A DNA stretch of 64,000 nt from Catajapyx aquilonaris (lineage: Eukaryota), in contig KZ538517.1 in NCBI GenBank assembly GCA_000934665.2, positions 62,001-126,000 on the forward strand, written 5' to 3'. Numbering within the stretch: position 1 is the stretch's first letter; the number at the start of each line of letters is the position of its first letter. Shown piece by piece: positions 1 through 15,089 of this stretch. The notes under the pieces were generated by a model. The model did not search any database and had not been told where the DNA came from. It saw nothing but the letters and a program-made list of their open reading frames with translations. The translations under genes were made by a program, and so were the position numbers.

Positions 1-3000
1 CTAATGCAGTGTGCAGCCAGTCGGCCAAATGAAGCTTGTAAACTCCAGCCAACCAACATTTCCACGAGCCCTCTTCATCATTTCCCCAACACCCAACAGT
101 AAATCTATATCGCCAGAACACCCACCCGGTCCATTGCACCACTCCAACTACTATCCGATCCGATTCCCAAGCTCAATCTCCACACGTTTTACAACCGACG
201 TGCAATCGGTTCCCACGCTTCATAAGGTGCGATGGACAGTGTTGGGCATCGGTGCGTTCAGCATGTTGTGTTTTGATTTGGAAATGACAGGGACCCTGGT
301 CAAAAATGGGCTGGAGCTGATTGGCAAGCTCAAAAGCTGCGGGGGAAAGATAAGTTGGTTGTCACGGGGGCCAATATGCCGGGGGCGAAACTGCGGGGGC
401 GAAAAGTCCGAGACCCGTTGATGACATTGCTATCACCCAGTATTCGCATATCCGGCACATAAGGTGCAGTATTCTATCGATCTAGAAATCCTTCTGCAAC
501 CAACCAAGCAGGAAGTCCTGAGGTTATGTAACGGGTTAGTACACTGCAGCATGTATGTATAGTAACATTATCTGGATAGCTCAGCTATATACCATGAGCC
601 GTACACAATGTGTTTCTTTTTCCACTGAATCGGTAAAATCTCCCAAGCTTCGGACACGCTCGCACGTACAAAGGTGATGGAGGGTGATGGATGGGGCTAT
701 GTTGCCACTTCTTCAAAAGCCTTATATAGGTCCTAATCCAGAATAGCCAAGAGAAATCTACAATGCAGTTCCTGGGGCTATATATGCCATCTCTTTAACA
801 CCTTTTTGTTTGCAGAGTTCATATTCCTATGCGTCCATGACTTTTCCACTTCCCACCCCTGCTCAGGCCTTCCAGTTTCGCACAATTGCAGTTTCCGTCC
901 TGGACCGTTTTGAACATGCAGCATGGCAGCAAAACTAATGCAGTAATGCTCTTAGTCGGCGACCACTACAGTGTAAAAGCACTGGAGTCATCCGACCATC
1001 TCTTTGCACTCAGCAGTCGGTCCAAAGCGCATAGGCTGCTGCAATAAAAGAGAATATTATCTGGTTTGTGGGCGTCTGGCTGAAACTTTCAAGTCTGCCA
1101 GGTGTAACCGACTCTGGAATTCCTCATATTTTTTTTTTCAAAAGCCACGTTAAAAATAAACAACTCTTTTATTTATTAGGGCACTAGAGAGCACTCGCTC
1201 CTCATCGTGTTGAGAAGGTCATTGCTACAAAGAACAAGAAGACAAAGAAACCCCTACTGTGACTTTTTAATCATCCGTCGCAATGGGAGGTGCGAAATGA
1301 GCTTCTCTTTTTCTCGCCCGCCTTGATTCTCTCGCTTTGAGCGTGGCAGCTCTGAAGCTGTAGGCTCCCAATTCCTTTGATTTCGCCAAACGAATTTCAG
1401 AGCCGGAACACAAATAAAGTCTGCGACGAGACTGGAATTGGGGACAGCTAGTCAGAAACTGTTGCAAGCTCTTTGCCATTTAACTAGGAAAATGGAGGCG
1501 GGTTCTGCTTGCCTCAGGGTATAGTTTGAGCTCGTTACTACGCTTGTCTCTCGTCGCCGACGGCTTTCATCATTTGTGCACTGGCAAATTGTGACCTGCT
1601 CATTTGTCCTTCGACTGACAACCTTGATCAATGTGAAGGACGGGATGGCCTCCAAAATCTGATTATTGCGACTCCAAAAATTGGGGGATAGTGGTTTAAA
1701 AATTTCAAGAACAATATCACTACATTGAATGAATATGGAATTCAGGAATTATTTAATCACAAAGATCATCAGAATAAGCAAACTACCATACAAAAAGGCC
1801 ACAGTTTTGCGAAGAATTTCCTGCAAAGATCTGCAGTATAAACTATAAAGGATGGTGTGGTGAAATGGCTCCATGTAAACTGGAGTCCAGGCTTTTCCAT
1901 TTGGGTTGAGTTGTGAGAAGAGGTGGGGAAATTAATCTGCATTGCCGCCTAACACATAATACATCAAGGCGGTATGGTCCGGGAGAGGTAGGGTGGAAAG
2001 GGAAGATGGTGTGGGGGGTTTTGGAATGGCGAAATTCCATGTGGCGAAAATTGTTCCCTGTGGGAAAACGCCATGGACCCTTTATCATCGCAAGTTGGCT
2101 TCCGGAAGCAGTCCTATATTGCAATGGAAATGAAGGCAGGCAGAAGCCACAACCCTCGGGGACACCAAGGCTTCCACATTCAAACAGAATGCTCTATAAT
2201 ATTAGCAAACCTATCGAGAATCTGCCCTAGTTTCATGCCATTCAAACTTCCTCCTATTATTTTTTTTCTATTTCTATTTTTTCTCCAAACTCGGTTATTG
2301 ATTTATGTCAGAATGCAGCGGCACCTGAGCGCATCACCTATCGTGGCATACCATAGAAATTATTTCAAGTCGGTCCATCATGCAGATGGTATGCAATGAG
2401 GAGGAACATGATGCGGTCCAATCCGAAATCGAGTTGAATGTGCTCCGTCCAGGGGTATCGATTTTTGCAAACTTCCCCGACGCTAATTAATTACCGGGAC
2501 GAAAGGGTTTCATTGTACCCCGAGCCCTCTCCAGATTGAAGGGGAAGATGGGTCCGGGTGTTTGGCAGGGAGGGACCGCTTGCAAAACTGACTTATTACC
2601 GGTTGGGGACACTGTTTGGACCTCCTCAACCCTGCACCGATCAGCCCCTTTTCACTCATACATTTTATTCAACAGCTGCGTGATTATGAATGTCATTTAA
2701 ATCGCATTTAGTTATAATCCACATATCACTATTTCAGTGGGTACCACAAGTATAGCAAGTTGGAATATAACATCAGACAAAAAAATTCGTCGTGTTATTC
2801 AGGTCTTGAGCTATCCACGTAGGATTGGATTACATGTCCTGGTTCGAAAGTGAGGGTCGATTTTGAAAAGAGGGCGTGACTCACAAAACGCGAGGTGCAT
2901 CCGACAGCGCAATGTACGCACGTCCTTGTTGAAACCTTCACCGCTTGTATTTTGGGTGAAATACGTGTCACCAACCTTCGTACGGTCCAATTTTGACCTC

Positions 3001-6000
3001 TTTTCATCATGAAACAGCCTTGTGATTTTGATGATTACAAAAACGTCTTCCGTGACATTTAATTAACAAAGGAAGTCGGTAAATCATCACGACGCCATAT
3101 TACCTTCTGACATGTAAACTGATAAGCCGGTACTAAAATGCCAGTATTAAAAGCATATGCGCGTAATACATACTAAAATATATTTTACGACATGAATCTT
3201 GAGAGTTGCATGCACCCTGGTCATTACCTATATATATGGGTGGGGGTCACTCCAGAATATTCGTGCATGGTTACCCCAGCCTACATCTGAACCTGGCATA
3301 TTATTGCAATACCGTACTTTCAGAATATCAATTTTTGCTCGTTGATAGTTCGTGTAAATTGCCCGTTTCGTCAGGCACTTCTTCCTTATTCAATACTGCA
3401 TTATAAGTCCATAACCATGACACTTATCGCACCTTGCCCTTTCAACGTTACCATAAAGCAGTAACAAGCTCCTCTACTTTCCAGCCATAGGTAGACACGT
3501 AATCTGCAGTCAGTGCTGAGTGAGCATTTTCCTCTGCAAACACGTACGGAAAGTGGTAGCTGATTGAAACCCTTCGCTTCCTTGCAGAGACAGGTTGGAA
3601 GCACCCAGATAAAATCCATGGAAATGAGAGGAAATTTGGCAGAGGGTGGGTGGGCCAGTTCTCCCCATTGGAAAAAAAAGAAGAAGTATAAGAAAGAAAA
3701 GAGGCGACTGGAGTTCGTCGCCGGCAGCTTGTGGAAATGGCCTCGATTCTGTTTGCAGAGCGGAGATGAAGCCTCCCGCATCTCAAACCTACTTTTCCAG
3801 AAGAAGGGGGGAAAAAAAGAAGAGGAGGCAAAAAAAGGTGGTGGTTCCAGTCAGGTGATTCCTAGCACCAAGTAAGCAAGCAAGAAAGCAAGCGGGTGTT
3901 CCCAGAGGTATAATACACTCTTGGAATTCCTGAGGAGAGCAAATCATGAGCCGAGGCCTTCCTTCATCATCAGTGTTCCTACCACACGAAGATGAACGCT
4001 ACCAATTACTGGGCGAGAATGATCAATCCTTATTCCCCAGTTTCCACCATGCAGCCAGTGGGATGCTGGCTGGACCCTTTCCAACTTTTCAGCCAACTCT
4101 TTTTTTTTTTGCTAGGTCAAAGGATTCCTACGGAATATTCGATGTCCTGTTGGGTTATTTCGGACACGTCCACATGTCACTCGGAATGATCGCAATCGAC
4201 CTCCAGTAATCGCTCGGGGTGAAATGATGCGATTTTTGTGAGAAGCAGCTTTGCGTCACAATATCCTAGATGTCAAGTGTCATTCTTGTCCGATAAAATG
4301 CAAATTGAAAATAGAAAATAACATTGAGTGCACTATTCACTAGTTTAATAGCATGTATAATAGCGGATTACACTGGTGCACCGGACATCACAACAGTTTG
4401 ACTACTTTTTCCGATCGATCCCGAATAATTACATTCCCAAAGCATTTTGATGCCCTGCTGATTCGTAACTTCAGACGCACCGCACTCGAACCAATAAAGG
4501 AATTGAAATCGGGACCAGGGCAGAGTCCGAAATAAGCTAATTGCGTTCATTGTATTTGAGTCACATTCGCAGGCTATATACAGAGCAGGCTGGAGCCTTC
4601 GTGTGCACCAGGCCCTCCCACAGGCGAGGCAAAAAGTGCTTTTGTGGCGCAATTTCCAGCTGGAACAGTCCGGGCCAGGCTGGAGGTTTTTACAGCGGCC
4701 ACATCAGGCAGCGAATGAGAGGGGCTATAGTGGATTGGTTGAGGACATAAAGCACCAGAATGCTATCGTTAGCCTCCGCTCGCTATCTGCACGGTAGTCC
4801 GCCTCCTAAAATCTTATGGTCAGCAACCCTGCAATTCCGGGTGTGTACCCTTCCAGTAGCCTACCTAGAATGTAAATGAGCCTTTCGTCATCATCAACTT
4901 AGCCTGCTTCCTATAATCTCAGGCTGCTCCAACAGTGCTGCCTCCACAACTTCCTTATGACTTACCCGGATTTTCCCACTTACAATAATGGAAGTTGGTG
5001 TTTAATATATGCTAATAGAAAGCACGTAAGGGGCTACTCGCATGGTGCGAGAAGCTCCACGTGCAGCCTGATGATACTGAAGATATATCTCACCCCGGGG
5101 CGCTTAGAATGAGCCTACTCTTATTAATGTTTAATGCTGTTTGCATGGAAGCAAATCCCAGGTTTAACTGAGGTGAGAATTGATCATGGCTCAACTGCCC
5201 AACTGCCGGTTTAAAAAGAGAAATCAGTTCTTGTACATACTGATGATGGTGTTGATCATCTTCAAATAACCTTGGGTAGAAATCTAACAACAATCTGAAA
5301 ATGGGAAGAAATCCTCCAACAGTTTCGCTCCGTCAGCATGAAAAGGCCCCTTCCATTTGCAACCTTAATGCCGATTTATTTATCACCTTTCCAGAACTAG
5401 GGGAGGGAGGCAAAGGGAAAGAATCGCGGGTCTTCCCTTCCTTCCCGCAGGATCTAATGTGCACTCTGCTAAGTGCTTTCCATCCGACATGGAGACCCGA
5501 GGGGATTGCCTTTATGTTCCTTGCCACATTCTAAATGGCTTACATATATTTCCACCGGCAACAAGCCATCAATCCCGATTGGAAATATCCGTTCCAGAAA
5601 GTCCAACCAAAATGAATTATTGCAAATAACTTGCTCTCCCTTCCCATTCAAACAATTGTCAATAACTAGCGTGAAAGTTGGAACCGAACACATTTTGACG
5701 ATACTTTGGTGTATGGGAATTGGGTGCCCCTGATGCAGGTTGCCCGATACTACCTATAGGTAAGTTCCACACCAGAAAAAAAAGGGAAGAAGAAAGTCTT
5801 CGTTCCTTCTTCCCCAAGTTTTCAGAAAATCCAATTGGAAAAGCAGGGCTTGGGGGGGCCAAAGGGAAGGAATTCTTCAGGCACCCCCTGAAAGAAACGA
5901 GATCCGGAAGTCCTCTTCTTCCATCTTTTTTTTCTTCTTCTTCTCTTTTCTTCCTCCCCTTTGACCTATAAAAGTCGGTCCACGGATGCGTCTTTTTAGG

Positions 6001-7842
6001 TGCAGAAGAGGTCTCCCCTCCTACCGTTTTAAATATGTAAGGCAGGGTTACTGAAGGTCGGTATGTGGACTGTTCCAAGGGTTTTTCGCCGGCCTTATAT
6101 TATATTGGGAGTAAAGAAATGCTGGGCACGAGGTATAAAAAAAATCCTTTTCCAAGACGAGCGCCGCCAAACCAGACTTTTGTAATATTAAAGGGATGGG
6201 ACCCTCTTTCACAGCCCATCTATTTTGCGATGCTTTCCATCTTGGATGAGATTTTCTACCCGCCTTTTTATTCCTAATGTGGACCTGTCACTCTCGGCGA
6301 AGATAAAGGAGGTGTTGCATATATTTTAACATTCACCCTCAAAAATTCAGGTGTCGACTCATGCGCTTCAAAAATGCAGTGGTGACCCTCAGAACTTCTG
6401 AAAGTAAGCAAAAGCCAACTGTACCTCAGAGACTTCAAAAACTGACTTCAGGCTCATCTCAAAACCCAGTCGAGATTTTCAGGAGGTGAGTAGAGGAATG
6501 ATGAAAAAAAGAGAAAAAGATGTGGAAATAAAATTTGGAGTGATGGCCTCCCAGACCGACGGAGACATTTTAGTATCACGGCCCTGGTTTTTATGAATTC
6601 TGCAAGTGGTGGGATTTCTTTACACGTCTCTCTTGCGCTGATTTTATGGCTCCAGAGTTGTGGAGCTGACGTGTGCAAGTGCAGCACATTTTGCACGCTT
6701 TCAGCACCTTCCAAAGTTTCGCACTTTCTTCAAGTACATCCAGAATTTGAAATGAAAGCGCTCCAGAAATAGCTTCATGCAATTTGCTTAAACCAAGCCC
6801 AGAAGGCTACACACCGCACACAGTACGTCAATACTGATCAAACATCCAAGTGCGCCAGCTCCAAACGCATTTTTAATAAACGACAAAATCCCCCCAAAAA
6901 TTATTAACCCGACTATGAACAAAATAACACCTTATCCTATAAGTTATTTAGGCTCTCCATTTGCGCAGACCCCTTGGGACAGCTACATTCAACTTTCAAC
7001 ACCTTTTAAGTGCTCATAAAGCCACAAGCACATCTTCCTAAACCTCATAGCTGACCTCCAAAGTTCCCTCCCCAAAAAAAACTTCCCTCTGCATTTTTTA
7101 AAAACTTTCCTGTCAAAAAAAATGGTCCCATCTAGACAAAAGGGCCAGCGCTTGGGAAGTTCTCGTTTCATGAGCCATGTCCAAGTTAGAGGGAGGGAGA
7201 GAAGTACGAGGATCCGGTTCCCATTTACATCCAATATCGATTCCGGACAAATCCGGCCAGAATTTGTTGAATAATCCCAAAAACCAGCGAAGCAGAAGGG
7301 ACTTTTCTGTGGCCCTCTAAAAAAAATGAGAGGAAAGTGGAGAAGAGTTTGTGCTCCGGAACGACGCCTAATATCCCAAGAGAAGTAGGAATTTTCATCG
7401 CCGTTACCAGTTAGAGCATAAATTGGGCAGACCTGAAGAAATTCTAGAGCCTGAAGGCGTAATCCTCCACTCTTTTTTTCTTCTTCTTCTTCTTCTGGAA
7501 GGATAAGGGTAGCCCCCTAGATTATCAAAGTGATGGATGAAGCCTCCCTTACCCCTTTTTCCTAAAATTTGTGCACTCCTCTTTCTCCACCTCTGTGTAT
7601 TATGACTGCAAATTAAGATTGACGCTCGCGAATTAATTGCTCAGCATTCCGTCTTCACTTTTCCCCCTCCTCCCCTTCTGAGGATTAGATTCAAGCCTGA
7701 GGCACAAACTTAGATCCCTCCAAAACTCCAATCTTATCTTCTATTTTGGGTAAGGAATTCATGCGCTTCTGGTAGAGAAACGACCAGGGTGACATATCCA
7801 TATATTGTGGATGATGGTAAAAAATATGGTGTAATTCAATTA

Positions 7843-7935
7843 CACCAGTTTTAGTGCCACATGCCCTGGTTGTACCTCTACTCGGAGTAGAGGTACAACC
7901 AGGGTATGTGCGGGTATGTGGCACTAAAACTGGTG
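7843..7935. repeat. Long near-perfect inverted repeat (about 41-bp arms), MITE-like foldback
   Basis: Arms differ by one substitution and a 10-nt duplication (cgggtatgtg) in the right arm; 1-nt centre. Confidence 0.85.
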
Positions 7936-10900
7936 ATATTTGCCTCCTAGCGCATAGTACTATAAAGGACTAGCATTTCGCAGGCAGTCTCCCAAGTGCG
8001 GAGAATGCTATTAAAGTCGTATAGAAGCGGCGGTTGGCTCCAATCAGACAAGAAAGAGCTGGGGCTGGATATCTTGAGCCCCGGAGAGAATCCGGAGGAA
8101 CTGAGATGGAATAAGTCCTTTGGCTCAAAGGAGTAATTTCCATTATTCTCTTCTCTCCTTTCCTTTCCAGCAGCACAAGCCCAACTCACAAGAGTGTCGG
8201 TTTCCACCACACCGGCTCCATTTGCAAGCAACTCCCATTCGAATGCCCAGTGCTAAATAACTACAATTCATTTAGCTCCGAGTCTTAATCCGACCTCGCC
8301 TGACTGCAATTTTCAAGAGTCTTTCATTAAGTGAAATGCAGATGGGTTCGCGCTTTGCCCAGGATTTTGCTTTCGAAATGGACATGTTGGTCCTTTTCGC
8401 GAAAATGGAATGCTGTGCACGGTGCCGGTAAAATATTTCGCAATTGTAAAATTTCCTGGTTCCGCACATCTATACAGGGTCCGTAACATGCATTTGGAAG
8501 GGTGATGCAATGTGAATGAGGCTTGTAAGTGGGGAAAGGAACAAGCCAATATTAATTTCATCAATATATTAAAGAGCAGAGGCAGGAACATTATCCTCGG
8601 AGAATGTGGAAAGCTATTATGATTCCACTAATTACGGTAATTATAGCAACCGTGCAGTGGAATGAGGCGGATAATAATAGTAGTGAAATAGTGCCACTTT
8701 CCGCATACATGATTATTCCACATATACTCATCCAGGAGGGAAAAACAAACTGACCATATACAAGCCACAAATCCATTAATGAGATCCAAAACAACAAAAA
8801 ATACTACAAAACACCGGGTAATCTCAATTTATTATTAATATATTTAATTGCCAGACGTCACTGCAGCCGGTAGATAACACCATCCACCCACATAGACATT
8901 GACGTACCATGAGCGCATTACGATATATTTTATTACTGAACCCACTAATGGCCTATAATACCACTACTTCCAAACGACATAATCAACAAAACCCTATCGA
9001 GTAATCCGTGACAACACACTTCTACCGCTGCACAAATTACGCCCAACTGACCAGAAATTGTGCCGCACCCGGTATAACAAACGACCTCCGGTTTTTAAAA
9101 AGTGCCACAGAAAATATGAAGAATCGCCCTTGCGGTTATGCCCCGGCTCATTTCCAGTAATAATCCCAATCTGTGGGCTCCATTTCCAGAGTTTTATGAA
9201 CGTCAATTCAGGTAGCACGAGGACATGACATTTTAATGTCTCCTTTTTTTTTTGGAGAGGGGGATAATATGAGTGCGCAGAGGCACGCAAAGCACGCATT
9301 CACGCACAGAAGTGAGTCGACATGGCAACTGGGATTTATTCCCAGGGCTGCATTAATCTGCGAGGAGAAAAAGGCCCTCCTTTCTACCCTCCTTCTTCTT
9401 CTTCCTTGCCTTTCTCAGACAGGGAAATTTACGGCCAAGAAAAGAGATTGGGGGGGGGGGGGGNGGTATAGAAGAAGAGAAGAAACAAGGGTTCGATACA
9501 AAAAAGGAGAGCTTGGCTAACAAGCCTCTGGTTTTGAACAGAGGCTCGCAAAGCACACGGCTACACTCTCATTCCGGTCATAATGGCACCAATTTTGTTC
9601 TCAGTAATTAATCTTCCAAATTTCGCTGTCTCATTTTCTTGTTAAAATAAAGCGGGAGTTTTTTCTGAATTTGCATAGCTTAAAGAGTTGTTTGTACAGC
9701 GTGTGGCACTTGGCCCGTGCCCAATTTGGGATTGGTTGAAATGCGAATGAATGGGTTGCTTGTGGGAGTTTGGGCTAATAATTTTGTAGGCAATGGGAGG
9801 TAAATATCAACTTTCCTTCGTCTCTTTTCTCCTGCAGTTTTTACCTCCTTGCTGGCATAAAGAAACTTTCCATTTTTGGTGTTTTCTTGGCAATAATAGT
9901 GCGAGCCCCTGTTGAATCGTGAATTCACGCATGATAATAGCCAAACTTCCATAATTATGCATATAGAGGAACATGTTACCTAATACGATAGAGAATTTTC
10001 AGAATGTGTACTTTGCTCAGCAAGATTTTTTGTGCATACTGTAGGTTCTTGGTAGTGTCTACTAAAACAAGACTGAATAGAAGTAAACCATATTACCTGA
10101 ATCGAACTATAATGGCTGCGGATTTGTTTGCTCAAAAACTAGGAAGCGAAACGCACAGTACAGTATGGATTTGTTGCCATTTTTCCATCAATAGATGGCA
10201 ACCATTTGAGATCCATAGTGTCCGTTAAAACTGGTTTTAATGATATTAAGGTTTGCACACTAGTAGTTTACACTTCACCCATGTAAAAGAGTCCATTTAA
10301 GAGGATATCACGCTTTGCAACTGGTTGTGTACAATCATCAATGTCATTAAAATGCAGTTTTAGTGACGATATGAAACTTTAACAATCGTTCATCATCTAC
10401 CATTACCGTAAAATTGAAATAGTTGCACTGTGCATTAACTTGCTACGTATGTACACGTAAAATGAAAAATACACATTCGCAACATTTCAACAATTACATC
10501 TCATCTCAGAATCGCCCGTAACATGTAAATTCCCATCGTCATTTCTGCATATGCAGTACTACTCTGTTACACTGCAATCATTATTTAGCAGGTATACGCT
10601 AATGCACAAACAGGAGCCTCCTGACGCAAATAAACGCAGTAAAATCCCCCGCACTAGTTTGCACGACTATATGCCCACATCTTTCATATACGCAGAGTGC
10701 AACTACCCGTGCACTCCATACTCCGTAGCTATGGAAACATTGCAGACCTTTGTCCTCGACCTGTTTCTCAACTTCAGGCACCACTAAAATTGAACCCCCA
10801 AAACTCCGGCCTCATCAGCGGATGCAAATTAAGCCCCCTCTAAAAAAACACCAGCCACCACACCTTATATTACTTGTCTCCACATACGCTCTTACAAGTC

Positions 10901-12215
10901 AAGCCCATACTTTTTCACACTTTTCCGCACATTTTTGGCCCCGAGGTGAATTTGAGTCAACGCGACGGCGCGTGCGAGCATTAAGTTAGGCAATAAATTC
11001 ATTAGCGGGTTAGGCCCCTTGGAGCTGCAACATCAGCCGTGCGAGCCAAATGGAAATTGCGGCCGGGAATTAATAATGTGCGAGTGATCGGCCTCCCAAT
11101 CAAAACTTGTCGCCGCATCGTGTTTTGCACATGTTTTCTAGATAACACTGATCCCTTCCACCACCCCCAAAAAATTCCAGCTATACCCGCATCCATTAAT
11201 TACATAACACCACTGCGAAGCTGATGGGGAATGGGAACCACCCGAGACTCCAAAAAGGTAAAATCAATTTTGAAATATTTTCACTTAAAAATAGCCGGAT
11301 CCAAAAATAACTGCATATTTCATACATTCCCAGCTATAAAAGACGTCGTCGGAACCAGTGCAAAATTGGTCCAACAAAATATGCGGTAGTGTTTGACAAA
11401 TTATGCATGGCGGACGGGGTCGAAGACCCCTGAGCGTTATCTAATTTTTAGATGCGGGAGGCTGGGAAAAGGTCACGGACGTCATTTTGCTAGTGGACAG
11501 GCCTTCCTGGCTGGTATGCAACCCCCAGCACTGCCTACCTCCCAGGATATTCCATAATTATTTATTACGGCGGCAGGGGGTTGGGGGGGGGGGGACTGAG
11601 TGGGTGGTGGGGGAGAGATTGAAAAGAAGCATTCACAACCGCAGCATTGTAGCCGCTATAAAGGCAGCTTAAGAGGGGGGGAGGGTGTTTTTTTTGGAGA
11701 GAGGGGCAGCACAGCATCCGCAGCAAGGTAACCATAGCGACAGAAGGGGGTCTCCTTCCCCATTGGCCCCAGCCCTTGCCCCCCATCCATATCCCGCCAT
11801 TCCAGCATCCCCCCGACACCAGCCTTCAACATGCACCATCAAGGCCCGCCCATCATTGCACCAATTATGCATTTAAAAAAAATATTATTACCCAAGACCG
11901 ACTCTAAGGCAAGTGCGTCATACCCATCATATTAAACTATCACAGTTTATAAGCAACAAAATATCAAAATAGTACAACTTACAATATTTGGCAAATACAG
12001 TAGTGTCGTTGACACGCGCTATCTGACATGTGTCCAACTAGTCCGTTCGTGTGTCAATAAGCACGTGAAAGACTTGATAAACGCATTACGTATTCAATAT
12101 GCTCACACAACAATCGAATTATCCAGATGCATTTTACTGATTACCGCCAAAATTAATATCGTCCATCTTCAAAAACGGCTGACAGTATACCGGTACCAAA
12201 AAAAAGCGTACTCAC

Positions 12216-12570
12216 CACAGGGTGCGTCATATCTGGCCTGGGGCAGTCAATTGTTGGTGGCCGACGGCCGCGACGTCCTCCTTCTCTGGCCACCTCTAGA
12301 AAAACAAAAACCCGTGAAAGAAAGAAAGGGCAGCCCAACTTTGAAATCCGAAGATGTCCTTATCGGTACATGTGATTGGCCATGCCTATCCCTCCATGTG
12401 TGCCTCCCGCATTGTTATTACAGCGGAGCACTCTCCCCCTCTTTGTTGCCGGTGCCAGTGGCCGTCTTCTTCTGGCTCCTGCTCCAAAGTCTACCCTCCT
12501 GGTCCTCCCCCATCTCCCACCCCCGATCGATAGGCTGCGTGAGCTCATCGGGGAACAGACGAAGAGCGAT
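12216..12570 (-). other. Probable internal 5'-UTR exon of the same leftward gene
   Basis: GC-rich block bounded by gcag| (after a C-rich tract) and GTG|GTGAGT; no recognisable protein. Confidence 0.4.
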
Positions 12571-15047
12571 CTGCGACCCAACTCGTGCGAGTATATGGGG
12601 GGTGGAGGGGGAGAAAATTAGGGGGGGGGGGGAAGGGGAGGGGGTATCCACGCACATACGATGAATGTCATCACCTATAGTCAGACTCGACAACCCCCCC
12701 CCCTGAGACTAGTCGAAAAAATACTTCGCACACATCAAAGGACGTGTTTTTTTAGGGGTGTCGCCGAAACATCGACAGTCGTCTGGTATTAATTAACGCC
12801 ATCCATCAACATCAGAGACACGTGGAATTGTTTTTATAATGGATGCGAATTTGCGCCTTTCAGTTATTCTGAAGCGATTCGAATGAGCAAGTGATGTTTC
12901 AATAATATATCCATAGTGCCAATTAACCATACTATCAGAATTTCACAGAATTTCAATGGATATACTATGGCTATAATAATTGATACGGTGTAAAAGTTTC
13001 GTTGTAGCTCGAGCTCCGTCCCTTAATTTCATTTAGTGATTACCTCCAGATCATGGCTCTATCATTGGATAATGGGGTCCCTACCCTGATCTACCGATAC
13101 CGTAACATGGAAGGAAAACGTGACATCAATTCCAAAGTGGAAGGGTACGGGTGCATGGTCGTAAAAAAAAGCGTTGGGAACAAGCAAAAGTAATACTGCC
13201 TGTAGGGTTTTAATTCTATCAAACTATCTCCCAAGTAACAAGGTCTGAAGTTTTGTTATCCGCACACAAAAAAACAATACCTTGAAAATGAAAAACAATG
13301 CAAGCGCATTTAAAGTTCATAATTATAATAGTTCATGTAGAGGCCTAGAGGAAAATTCTAATAAGCACATCAGTTGCAGTGTATACGCTACCGGGCATAA
13401 TTTATGTTCTATTAGATGCTGGAAAAGATGTCACATCCTTGAATTGTTAATTATAGAGTTTAAACTGTTGAAAGTCATTTGTTGCCACTGTGACGTCAGT
13501 ATCCAAGTTATGATATCGATGTACTGTGTACGTACATGTATTATATACAAGAATCACTATTACACACTCTTTATGTATAGTACATAGCCTATTGTTCAGT
13601 TGCATCCTACAGAAGCACAAATTGGTTTGCAACATTACGAGTACAGTATTTCCCTAAGCTGAGAGCAAATATTTTTCAAACAGCAACGATATCACACTCA
13701 AGCGCCGGTTTCCCAGTCAGAGATACCACGCAGGTACTATTTCCAATGCAGCAAGAGATTATTTCTGTACATTCCAAAAAAATGGCTCCCTACTGCATTG
13801 AATATTTTAACCCACATCAGTTTGATTGAGCTTAGTTCAAAGCCTCTGGAACACTTAGACTATAGTCTTGCGGCACACCTCATTGCGGACCTGTACTACA
13901 TCCACCACGTCAATGCAATGGTGAGACTCAGAAAAAAAAATTATGGTTATTGCTCAACTATAAATTATCTTCTCAGGAAGTATTCTCGCACGTAGTCATA
14001 TTCATGTTATCCCACGCTCTCACTTCACGAACAATTGAACCTAGTCCACGCGCACAATTACACTGCACCTAAAGATCAGCATTTGAAGAAATGTGTACAT
14101 TGTACTAATTGGGTTTGAATGAACGAATTCAGTTGAATTGCAAAATGCATACAGTCGACGCCACTGCATACCACGTTCTACGAATAATACTTCCCATACA
14201 AAGTCCAGCCCCCCGATATGAATAGAGGGCTAAAACGTAGCTTACAGTTGAGGCTTTGTGTCTGGTATATGAAGTAAGCGCGGGCTATTGAGGGTTTAAC
14301 CTCAAAATGAATATAGCCTCATAGTCCTTTACCCGCGCAACCTCCCTGCCCTGCCCAACTCTGTTCACTATCTGGCCTCTTCCCGGTTATAAACCAATAC
14401 GTGGTCAATATGCCCCGTTATATAAGCCCACGGTATTCTTCCTTGAAGGTAACAAAAAAACCTCAAAAAAGGAGCAGAAATCCTGCCACCCGCCAACTCT
14501 CCCAAAGTCCACAACCTTCCCAATACAAATTCCATTAGTTCCCTTTTCGCTTCATTTGCCAGCGGGGCGGGGGTGGGGGGGGGGGGGCTTCCCTTTCNCG
14601 AACACCCCATCCTCCGCTACCTTTTTGCCTCAGACTCACAACTCAGATAAGCTAATTACCTCTCCGGAAGACGTGCTCCGGAAGTCAACAACCTCGTAGA
14701 TTTTTCCCTCCCTTTGCCAATCTGCCCCCTCCAAAAAAAAAACCGGTTGAAATCCCCAAAAAAGCAGAGCTAACTCATCCCACATTCTGGCACAAAATGT
14801 GCGGCTTCCAATGGGCCCTCTGGCAGTGTGGCCCGCAGCAGCCCCTGCATTAATATACACCCCACGCACCCCCGCCCACAAACCCCTATCACCCACCTCA
14901 CTTGCAAGTCAATATCAGGACTTCCATGATACCCCGGCGCCATATGGAAAACTATAGCCCCCCATTGTGCTATGCACAGGAACGTGCGGTGACTCGCCCG
15001 AAAAAGCGATGACGATATTGAAATAGACAGATGCCACTGTCTAGATC

Positions 15048-15089
15048 TTCGTTTCGTTTCGTTCGTTTCGTTTCGTTCGTTTCGTTCGT
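15048..15089. repeat. Mixed (TTCG)/(TTTCG) simple repeat
   Basis: Direct reading. Confidence 0.9.

Noticed and set aside
340..418. Short GGGGGCGAAA-type repeats resembling a DNA transposon end
   Set aside because: No partner end or TSD visible in the window.
2795..3010. Cys-containing ORF resembling a zinc finger
   Set aside because: Ligand spacing incomplete and no exon support.
12065..12664. 199-aa plus-strand ORF
   Set aside because: No recognisable domain, non-ATG start, and splice signals point to the minus strand.
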